Part shown: positions 6,350 to 13,103 of the stretch, one piece after another | How positions within the stretch are numbered: position 1 is the stretch's first letter | Layout: every line of letters starts with the position of its first letter | From: Myxococcota bacterium | Lineage (GTDB): Bacteria; Myxococcota_A; Polyangia; Polyangiales; Sandaracinaceae | Assembly: GCA_036149055.1 (NCBI GenBank) | Contig: JAYZQJ010000271.1 | Coordinates: forward strand, 1 to 13,103 | Direction of reading: 5' to 3' | Length of the DNA: 13,103 nucleotides | Position numbers and translations under genes: made by a program | Notes under the pieces: generated by a model | What the model was told of the DNA's origin: nothing | The model's database searches: none | What the model saw: the letters and a program-made list of their open reading frames with translations, nothing else

Positions 6350-8920
6350 TCAGCGCCTCGGCTGAAGCCCGATGGCGTCGAAGGGGATCTCCTCGAACCC
6401 CGGGATGGCCCTCGCGGGGGACTCCGGCGCGAGGCTCAGGTCGAGGTTGGGCTCGTCGACGAAGAGCGGGTCGGCGTCCTCGACGTTGTTCGCTACCGAC
6501 GCGTAGTGCGAGAGCGGCTCGCCCGACTCGCGCACCCAGGTCCGGTTGTTGAAACCGAGGTTGCGCTCGAGCCGGCTTCCCTCGGGGTAGAGCCAGGTGG
6601 AGCCCTCCGCGATGTACTCGCTCCACTCGGTCGGCATGGCGGCGGCGGCGGGGTAGGTCGAGGCCCACGGCTCCTCGCGCGGAGAGAAGCGCTGAAGGTC
6701 CTCGAGCAGGTTCCAGCTGTCTCCCGGCGTCGTGTTCGGGCGACCGTGGGGCACCCGCCAGCTGAAGCAGCGGTCGTCCGCCCCGACGCCGGCCGCGGTC
6801 CCGACCATGAGGTTGTTCACCATCACGACGTCCCGGCCGCCCCCGTGCAGGATGCCGTAGTTGGTGGCCGCGTAGAGCACGTTGCCCACCGCCAGGTTTC
6901 CGGAGAGGCAGTCGTCCATGTAGATGGCGTGCACGCCGTGGCCCTCGACCCGGGTCGTGAGGTGGTGGATGAAGTTGTGCTCGATGAGGGTGCCGCGCTT
7001 GCTCCAGCTGCGGCCCGAGTACACCGCACCCGCGTCGCTCGAGTACTCGCAGACGTCGTGGATCTCGTTGCGCGCGATGAGGTGATCGTTGCCGTCGAAC
7101 AGGATGGCCGAGTGCGGCGCGCTGTGAATCAGGTTGTTCTCGACCCGATTGCCCACGCCCCCCAGCGCGACGCCGGCGCGGTAGGTCCACTCCGTGCGGC
7201 CGAAGTGGTGGATGTGACAGTTCTCGACGAAGTTCCCGGACGGGGTGAGGCTCGCTCGCTCTCCGCCCGAGATCCGAACGCCGATGGTCGCGGTGTCGTG
7301 CACGGTGCAGTCGCGGATCCCGTTGCGGGTGCCGGAGAGGGCGACCCCGATGCCCCCGCCGTTGCGCAGGGTGACTCCGACGAGGAGGTTGTCGCTGCCG
7401 CCGTGGACCCGGACCAGCTGCGTCCGCCCCGACTCGAGCGTCACGTCGTGGAGCTCCACGTGGCTTGCGCCGTCGAGGTCCAGCAGGTAGTCGTCGAGCT
7501 CCGAGACCACCACCTCGGCGCCGGCGAGCGGCCGGGGCGGGTAGAGGTAGAGGACGCCGCTGCTGCGGTCGAGGTAGTACTCGCCGGGGACCGTGATCTC
7601 CTCGAGCAGGTTGAAGGCGTAGTAGGGCTGACCCGCGCGGAACTCTCCGTAGCTGGGCTCGCCGGTCAGCGTCACGGTGCGGGTCGCCGTGTCGATGCTC
7701 GCGGCGCCGAGCCGGCAGTCGGCCCAGGAGCGGCTCCACCAGCCGTGGAACCACGGGTCGGTCGCCTCGGTCCAGCGGCTCGGTCGATCGCCCTCGTAGG
7801 TGAAGGCCGTGGAGGAGACCCCGCTCGCGACGTAGGCGAGCTCGGGAGGGCGGGTTCCGCTGGGCACGAAGTCGGGGAGGCCGCGCGCCCCGTTGCCCGG
7901 GCTCATCACGCCGAGGTCGGCGTGGTAGCGCGCCCACCAGGGGGCGTCCGCGGTAGGGAGCCCACTCTCGGCGGTGCTGAGGAACCACGCCGAGGGGTCG
8001 TCGCCCACGCGGTCGAAGGCGACGCGGCGCAGGTAGTATTGCTGGCCGTCGACGAGCCCATCGCGCCGGTATGCGGAGACACCGTCGCTCTCGCCGACGC
8101 GGATGTAGGTCCCGGTCACGTCCGGGGTCAGCGCTCCGAAGACCTCGATGGACTCGCCCGTCGCGTCGACGGCGGCGGCGTCCGCGTCCGGCCAGCGAGC
8201 GAGGGTCATCATCTCGCCGTCGACCGACACCTCGAGCGGCGAGCTCGCCTCGCTGCGGCAGAAACCGCGGCGGGCGAGGGCGCCGAAGTCGGCGATCCCC
8301 GCGGCGCCCAGATCGATCTGGACGATGCGGCCGCGCGCGCTCTCGTCGAGGCGGTCCCACACCGGCGAGTCGCTGTCGACGGGACGGAAGTCCCCGCCCG
8401 AGAGGTTGGTGCCTCCGGTGATCCGCACCGTCTCGCCCGGGAAGGCGCGCCAGGCGATCGGCGCGCCGGCCTCGCCAGCGTCCTCCTCCGTGAGGCGCAG
8501 CGTCTCGCGGCGCTCGTAGACGCCGCCGCGCAGCCAGATGGCCACCCCGCCGGCGGGCAGCCCCTCGAGCGCCCGGACGAGGTCTCGCGCCTCCTCGAGG
8601 GTGCCGAGCGGCGCGTCGAGGGTGCCGTCACCTCCGGACGCGCCAGGCGACACGAAGACGTGACGGCCGTAGTCGGGGCACGCGCACGCCCCCCACTCGC
8701 CTGCGCTGCAGGTTGCGGTCCCCGGCACTCCGCTCTCGCAGTCGCAGGCCTGCGTCGCATCGGGCTCGCAGCGAAGCGCCGCGTCGAGGGGCGCGTGCGC
8801 GTCGGCGCCGACGCCTCCGTCTGCGTCGACCGTGGCGTCGGGGTCGAGGGCGCCGTCGCCGCAGGCAGCGAGAGGGAGGCCGACGAGGCCGGCGACGACG
8901 AGGACGTGGAGGGGCTTCAT
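6350..8920 (-). CDS. Lipoprotein with right-handed parallel beta-helix repeats (pectin-lyase fold, GH141-like architecture), 856 aa
   Basis: Lipobox LAAC (Cys20), Asp/Ala/Gly linker, six-Cys motif, then VFVSPG..GDGT..AP.GTLEEARD, IWLRGGVY, LARWP, NLLEEITVPGEYYLDRSSGVLYLYPP, repeated N.IEN..IH coils, DAGAVY.GRSW, AIYMDD and a C-terminal DPLFVD..NLDLSL.PESPA..IPGFEEIPFDAIGL. Confidence 0.93.
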   Translation of the reverse strand: MKPLHVLVVAGLVGLPLAACGDGALDPDATVDADGGVGADAHAPLDAALRCEPDATQACDCESGVPGTATCSAGEWGACACPDYGRHVFVSPGASGGDGTLDAPLGTLEEARDLVRALEGLPAGGVAIWLRGGVYERRETLRLTEEDAGEAGAPIAWRAFPGETVRITGGTNLSGGDFRPVDSDSPVWDRLDESARGRIVQIDLGAAGIADFGALARRGFCRSEASSPLEVSVDGEMMTLARWPDADAAAVDATGESIEVFGALTPDVTGTYIRVGESDGVSAYRRDGLVDGQQYYLRRVAFDRVGDDPSAWFLSTAESGLPTADAPWWARYHADLGVMSPGNGARGLPDFVPSGTRPPELAYVASGVSSTAFTYEGDRPSRWTEATDPWFHGWWSRSWADCRLGAASIDTATRTVTLTGEPSYGEFRAGQPYYAFNLLEEITVPGEYYLDRSSGVLYLYPPRPLAGAEVVVSELDDYLLDLDGASHVELHDVTLESGRTQLVRVHGGSDNLLVGVTLRNGGGIGVALSGTRNGIRDCTVHDTATIGVRISGGERASLTPSGNFVENCHIHHFGRTEWTYRAGVALGGVGNRVENNLIHSAPHSAILFDGNDHLIARNEIHDVCEYSSDAGAVYSGRSWSKRGTLIEHNFIHHLTTRVEGHGVHAIYMDDCLSGNLAVGNVLYAATNYGILHGGGRDVVMVNNLMVGTAAGVGADDRCFSWRVPHGRPNTTPGDSWNLLEDLQRFSPREEPWASTYPAAAAMPTEWSEYIAEGSTWLYPEGSRLERNLGFNNRTWVRESGEPLSHYASVANNVEDADPLFVDEPNLDLSLAPESPARAIPGFEEIPFDAIGLQPRR

Positions 8921-8926
8921 GCCTCG

Positions 8927-8932
8927 AGGCTA
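8927..8932 (-). promoter_or_regulatory. Possible -10 element (TAGCCT) for a leaderless transcript of the 856-aa gene
   Basis: The minus strand reads TAGCCT-cgaggc-ATG: a TANNNT hexamer 6 nt before the start codon, with no properly spaced SD. Confidence 0.4.
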
Positions 8933-8988
8933 CGCCGCTGGATCTCGATGGGGACGCCTCGAATCGTACGACGTACGACCTCCGAGGG

Positions 8989-9522
8989 TCAGCTGAAGGG
9001 CCAGGGCGCGGGGGCGCCGCTCGCGACCAGGTCTCGCCACGCGGTGTCTCGGTCGCCGACGTAGAGGCACATGTGGACGGGGTGGCCGTTGTTGTGGCCG
9101 GGGCCTTCGTAGAGCCACTCGGGGAGCGCGCGGAGCTGCTGGCGCACGACCTCGTCGCGCACGCCGGCGCCGAGGAGCCAGCGGCGACCCAGCGCGAGGT
9201 GGTCCACCCAGATCCAGCTGTAGAGGAGGCGCCGCGCGTCCGCCGTCACCTCGTCGAGGAGCCAGAGCGCGCCGCAGTCGGCGCAGTCTTCGGGGGCGCG
9301 GTCGCCGAGCAGGTTCTCGTCGGTGGCCGCGGCCGCCAGCGAGGGGAGGTTCGGCCCGAGCGTGATCCGATAGCCGCCGACCATGCGATCCGCGTCGTCG
9401 AAGAGGCCGCGCGCGTGGCTGGCCGCGAGCGTCGCCGCGTCGATGCCCCAGGGGGTGAGCGCGCGGTAGCGGGTGGCGAACTCGTCGAAGTCGCGCGCGG
9501 AGCTCAGCTTGCGTGTGCGCAT
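8989..9522 (-). CDS. Hypothetical protein (177 aa), possibly GNAT/acyl-ACP N-acyltransferase-like fold, overlapping the PKS 3' end
   Basis: ATG at 9522 is preceded by a purine-rich GGAAGAAGGGA and overlaps the PKS end by 19 nt. Strong GC3 from this ATG. The pattern RGLFDDADRMVGGYRI...DCADCGALWL...RRLLY...GRRWLLGA fits the GNAT strand/helix order. The product call is tentative. Confidence 0.8.
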   Translation of the reverse strand: MRTRKLSSARDFDEFATRYRALTPWGIDAATLAASHARGLFDDADRMVGGYRITLGPNLPSLAAAATDENLLGDRAPEDCADCGALWLLDEVTADARRLLYSWIWVDHLALGRRWLLGAGVRDEVVRQQLRALPEWLYEGPGHNNGHPVHMCLYVGDRDTAWRDLVASGAPAPWPFS

Positions 9523-12500
9523 GGGGGCGTCCCTTCTTCCTTCTCTCGGCTCGGGCGGAGGGCGGCGTGGAGCGCGTCGGCCGCCGCCCGCAGGTCGGCG
9601 TCCTCGTGCCGCACGGAGACGACGAGGCGCAGGCCCGCGTCGCGCTCGGCCACCCTGGGCCAGCCGATGGGCGCGGTCTCGACGCCGCGGTCGAGGAGCG
9701 CTCGCCACACGCGCAGGGTCTCCGGCGTGTCGCCGACGCGCAGGAAGACGGTGGCGCTCGCGGGAGACGCGGTGGCGCGCGCTCCGGCGCTCGTCGCCAG
9801 GGCGCGCAGGGCCTCGACGCGCTCGCCGACGCGCGCGGTCCTCGCCCCGTCGAGCCCGTCGAGCGCCGCGTCGAGCGCGGCGATCACCCACTCCGCCGGG
9901 GGCGCGTGGCGCGTCTGGTGGCGGAGGAGCCGGAGGGCCCGCTCGCGCCCGGCGACGACCACGCCCGACGCGCCGAGGTGAGTGAGCCGGGCGACGTCGA
10001 AGGCGGCGCCGGGGCTCGGGTCGGCGAGGCCGAGCGAGCGGGTGTGGTCGACGACGAGGACCACGCCTCGCCGCTCGGCGAGCTCACGCAGCGCGTCGAC
10101 GGGCAGCGCGGTCCCGTCGACGTCGCAGGTCCGGGCGACGCAGAGCAGCGCGCGCTCGTGGGCATCGCGGTGCGCGTCGAGCCATGCGTCGAGGCCGGGG
10201 AGGTCGTCGGGGGAGGCGCGGTGCACGCGCGCGGCGGTGTGGAGGGGCTCGGGAGCGGCGAGCCGGGTGACGTGCACGACGAGGTCGTCCGCCCGCGCGA
10301 AGGTCGAGGTGATCGGCGCGAAGGGGCAGCCGCCGGCGCCGATCGACAGGGCGGCCTCGGCCTCGAAGACCGCGGCGAGGCGTCGCTCGAGGCGGCGCTG
10401 CGCCTCGGTCTCTCGCGCGGTGGCCGGGGCGAACGACGAGACGGTGCCGGCGCCCATCGCCTCTCGCGCGGCCGCGATGACCCGCGGGTCGCGGGCGAAG
10501 CCGAGCGGGTCGTGGGCGGCGAAGGTGAGGCCCGGCTGGCGCGCGCGGGCAGGGTGCGCCTCGAGCTGCAAGGCGCGCATCATCGCCAGCTGCTCCTCGA
10601 GCCGATCGACCTCGGGCCAGCGCTCCGGGTCGGCGTGCTGACGGGCGGAGGCGGCGGGCGCCTCGCAGGCCGCGACGTGCGCGATGACCTCGGCCACGGT
10701 GGCCTCGGCGCCGAAGAGCGACTCGGCCACCGCGGGGTCGAGCGCGAGCTCCTCGCCGAGCTCGATGAGCAGGATGGAGTCCATGCCCAGGTCGGCGATG
10801 AGCCTCCGCTCCTCGCTCACCTGCGAGACGTCCATCGCGCAGACGAGCGCCACCGCCTCGAGCACCCGCGCGCGGACGTCGGCCGGCGGGGCAGGCGCGG
10901 GCGTGGGCTCGGCGGGGCGAGCGCGAGGGCGGAGCGCCGGGTAGGGCTCGCGGGTGACCGGCGTCTCGGGCAGGGTCGTCACCCTTCGCTCGAAGGGGTC
11001 CTCGCGCAGCGTCGTGGCCAGGTCGAAGGGGACGCCGCGCGCCACGAGCGCGCCCACCACCCGGAGGACCGCCTCCGCCGCCTCGTCCTCTGGCCGGTCG
11101 TGGAACGCGAGGCCGGGCGCCCGCGGCCCGCCGAGCCCCACGACCACGTCCGCCTCGACGACGAAGTCCGCGTCCGGCGCCGGCGCGTCGCCCGACAGCG
11201 CGCGGCGCAGCGCCTCCTCGTCGGTCAGCTCCCCCGTCCACGCCGAGAGCGCGAGCTCCGCGCCGAAGGTCGCGTCGGGGCGCACGCCGCGGTCGCCGAG
11301 CCAGCGCGCGAGCGCGAGCGACAGGGCCAGCGAGGCGGCGGCCCGCGCCGGGACCGGAGACGCGGCGCTCGTGTCGTCGAGGCGGCTGGAGCCGGCGCGC
11401 GCGAGGGCCGCGTCCAGCTCGTCGACCCGCGCGGCGAGGGCGGGGAAGCGGCGCAGCGCGCTCGGCAGCCAGCGCGGCGGCGCCTCTTCGTCGAGCGCGA
11501 AGCAGAACGCGACCGACGGCGGCGCCGCGCCGGGCGCGACGAGCTCGAGGGAGCCGGCGGCGGCGGCGAGCGCGGCCCGCGACCCGGTCAGCGCGGCGCG
11601 GTAGGGGGCCAGGGTCCGCGTGACGCCGAGCGTCCAGGCGGCGTCGGCGAGCGAGCCCGCGCCGTCGCGCGCGAGCGCCTCCGAGACCTCCCGCGCCATT
11701 CGCCGCGCGCCGTCGGCCGTGTCCGCGGAGACGACCAGGGTCTCGGCCACCGGCTCGGCGCGGCGGCGCGGCGGCGGCGGCGCGGCGAGCACGAGGTGCG
11801 AGTTGGTGCCGCCGAAGCCGAACGCGCTCACGCCCACGCGGAGCGGCCGGCCGGGAAGGGCGTCGAGCGCGACGTTGTCGGTCGGCACCGCGAGGCGCCC
11901 GTCGCCGAGGGGGAGCTCCGGGTGGAGCCGCTCCAGCCCGGCCTGCCGCGGGACCACGCCTCGCCGCAGCACGCCGATGGCGCGCACCAGGCCCGCGGCC
12001 CCGGCGGCCGACATGGCGTGCCCGATGTTGCCCTTCACCGAGCCGATCCAGAGCGGCCTCTCCCGGTCGCCGAAGACCTCGGCCAGGGCGCGCGTCTCGG
12101 TGCGGTCGCCGCCCGCGGTCGCGGTCCCGTGCGCCTCCACGTAGTCGAGCTCGCGCGGGTCGAGGCCCGCGTCCTCGCAGGCGGCGCGGAGCACGGCGAC
12201 CTGCCCCTCGACGCGCGGGGTCATCGGGCCCTCGCCGCGCCCGTCGTTGTTGCAGCCGCTGCCGAGGATGAGCGCGTGCACCCGCTCGCGCGTCGGGTCG
12301 ACGTCGCGCTCGCGCTTGAGCACGAAGGTCGCCACGCCCTCGCCCTGGACGAAGCCGTCGGCGTCGGCGTCGAAGGGCCGGCAGCGCCCCGAGGGGCTGA
12401 TCGCGCCGATGCGCGTGAAGGCCACGAGGTTGTCGGGCGAGAGGTTGAGGTACACGCCGCCCGCGAGCGCGACGTCGAGCGCGCCCGCCCGGAGGTGAGT

Positions 12501-13103
12501 GACGGCGTCGTGGATCGCGACGTTGGCGGAGGCGCAGGCCGCGTCGATCGTGAACGCGGGGCCGCCGAGGTCGAAGGTCTGCGCGACGCTCGCCGCGGCC
12601 AGCGCCTGGAGAGACCCGCTGAGCGAGAAGCTCTGGGTGCGGGCCACGCGGTCCACCGCGCCGAGCAGCCGCGCCGCGTCCGGGCCGTCGAGGGCCGCGC
12701 CGAAGTCGCCCGCGATGGCCTGGGTCAGACGGATCCGCGCCATCATCGCGTTCTTGAACTCGCTCACCGACAGGCCGACGAACACGCCGGTCCGCGCGCG
12801 CTCGAGCCCCCCGCGCTCGAGCCCCGCGTCCTGCAGCGCCCAGCGCGTCGCCTCGATCAGCAAGCGATGCTGCGGATCCATCACCTCGGCGCGGCGGGGC
12901 GCGATGCCGAAGCACGCCGACGCGAAGCGCTCGAAGTCGTCGAGGAACGCGCCGGCCGGCGCCCAGCTGGTGTCGAGCCCGCGCGGGCTCGCGTCGGGGA
13001 AGGCGGCATGACGCCACCGCGACTCCGGGCTGGGGCGCAAGGAGGTGCGCCCCTCCCGGCTGAGCTCGAAGAGCGCCTCCGGGCGCGACGCCCCCGGGAA
13101 GAC
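9504..13103 (-). CDS. Type I polyketide synthase, 5'-partial (>=1199 aa): KS - degenerate AT - ACP - degenerate alpha-oxoamine synthase (AONS/SPT-like PLP fold)
   Basis: The frame is open to the window edge (VFPGASRPEALFEL...). KS motifs: MDPQHRLLIE, DAACASA (Cys codon 12534-12536), EAHGTAT, SVKGNIGH, GVSAFGFGGTNSHLVL. ACP: DLGMDSI (Ser codon 10776-10778). The C-terminal ~370 aa align with class I/II aminotransferase/AONS motifs. Confidence 0.95.
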   Translation of the reverse strand, partial: VFPGASRPEALFELSREGRTSLRPSPESRWRHAAFPDASPRGLDTSWAPAGAFLDDFERFASACFGIAPRRAEVMDPQHRLLIEATRWALQDAGLERGGLERARTGVFVGLSVSEFKNAMMARIRLTQAIAGDFGAALDGPDAARLLGAVDRVARTQSFSLSGSLQALAAASVAQTFDLGGPAFTIDAACASANVAIHDAVTHLRAGALDVALAGGVYLNLSPDNLVAFTRIGAISPSGRCRPFDADADGFVQGEGVATFVLKRERDVDPTRERVHALILGSGCNNDGRGEGPMTPRVEGQVAVLRAACEDAGLDPRELDYVEAHGTATAGGDRTETRALAEVFGDRERPLWIGSVKGNIGHAMSAAGAAGLVRAIGVLRRGVVPRQAGLERLHPELPLGDGRLAVPTDNVALDALPGRPLRVGVSAFGFGGTNSHLVLAAPPPPRRRAEPVAETLVVSADTADGARRMAREVSEALARDGAGSLADAAWTLGVTRTLAPYRAALTGSRAALAAAAGSLELVAPGAAPPSVAFCFALDEEAPPRWLPSALRRFPALAARVDELDAALARAGSSRLDDTSAASPVPARAAASLALSLALARWLGDRGVRPDATFGAELALSAWTGELTDEEALRRALSGDAPAPDADFVVEADVVVGLGGPRAPGLAFHDRPEDEAAEAVLRVVGALVARGVPFDLATTLREDPFERRVTTLPETPVTREPYPALRPRARPAEPTPAPAPPADVRARVLEAVALVCAMDVSQVSEERRLIADLGMDSILLIELGEELALDPAVAESLFGAEATVAEVIAHVAACEAPAASARQHADPERWPEVDRLEEQLAMMRALQLEAHPARARQPGLTFAAHDPLGFARDPRVIAAAREAMGAGTVSSFAPATARETEAQRRLERRLAAVFEAEAALSIGAGGCPFAPITSTFARADDLVVHVTRLAAPEPLHTAARVHRASPDDLPGLDAWLDAHRDAHERALLCVARTCDVDGTALPVDALRELAERRGVVLVVDHTRSLGLADPSPGAAFDVARLTHLGASGVVVAGRERALRLLRHQTRHAPPAEWVIAALDAALDGLDGARTARVGERVEALRALATSAGARATASPASATVFLRVGDTPETLRVWRALLDRGVETAPIGWPRVAERDAGLRLVVSVRHEDADLRAAADALHAALRPSREKEEGTPPCAHAS
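9540..10650 (-). other. Alpha-oxoamine synthase (BioF/SPT-like) domain lacking catalytic residues
   Basis: FAAHDPLGFARDPRVIAAAREA, LERRLAAVFEAEAA, DVDGT, LVVDHTRSLG and LLDRGVETAPIGWPRV....AGLRL.VS..H are colinear with AONS motifs, but the domain contains no Lys at all. Confidence 0.82.
10670..10880 (-). other. Acyl carrier protein (ACP) domain
   Basis: VRARVLEAVA...RRLIADLGMDSILLIEL...ATVAEVIAHV, with the phosphopantetheinylation Ser intact. Confidence 0.9.
11020..11515 (-). other. Acyltransferase (AT) remnant, inactive and internally deleted
   Basis: VAFCFALDE replaces VAFLFPGQG. GVRPDATFGAELA lacks GHSxG. The domain is only about 165 aa. Confidence 0.8.
11785..13103 (-). other. Ketosynthase (KS) domain with an intact Cys-His-His triad
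   Basis: TIDAACASA, YVEAHGTAT and KGNIGHAMSAAG are all present. Confidence 0.93.

Noticed and set aside
6506..9064. 852-aa plus-strand ORF, and the 692-aa minus-strand ORF 6282-8360
   Set aside because: These are antisense or alternate-frame shadows of the 856-aa beta-helix gene. Long stop-free frames are expected at this GC3, and they carry no motifs.
9523..9891. N-terminal extension of the 300-aa ORF 8989-9891
   Set aside because: It lies inside the PKS in another frame and is Arg-rich shadow sequence. The real start is most likely ATG 9522.
10084..13017. 977-aa Arg-rich minus-strand ORF and plus-strand ORFs over the PKS
   Set aside because: Frame-shifted or antisense shadows of the PKS with Arg/Pro/Gly/Ala/Ser-rich composition and no domain signal.

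Overview
High-GC bacterial DNA, probably Myxococcota (inferred from lipoproteins with Asp/Ala/Gly-rich linkers and Cys-rich motifs, and a carboxypeptidase-regulatory/PDZ membrane protein). The left half (1-6322) is a patchwork of lower-GC orphan genes around a membrane-anchored beta-sandwich/PDZ protein. That gene's 3' end is duplicated as a 44-bp direct repeat (3552-3595, 4467-4510) around an 871-bp integrase-less insert, and the DNA after the second copy looks like a 5'-truncated gene. The right half has three minus-strand genes. The first is a 5'-partial type I PKS with an intact KS, an AT remnant lacking GHSxG, an ACP, and a full-length C-terminal alpha-oxoamine synthase (AONS/SPT-like) domain that has lost its PLP lysine and other catalytic motifs. 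It is followed by an overlapping 177-aa protein with a possible GNAT/N-acyltransferase-like fold and an 856-aa beta-helix lipoprotein. The best candidates for something new are the PKS with two pseudo-enzyme domains plus its partner gene, and the repeat-bounded DNA-capture site. All family calls come from motif recognition by eye, without database searches.
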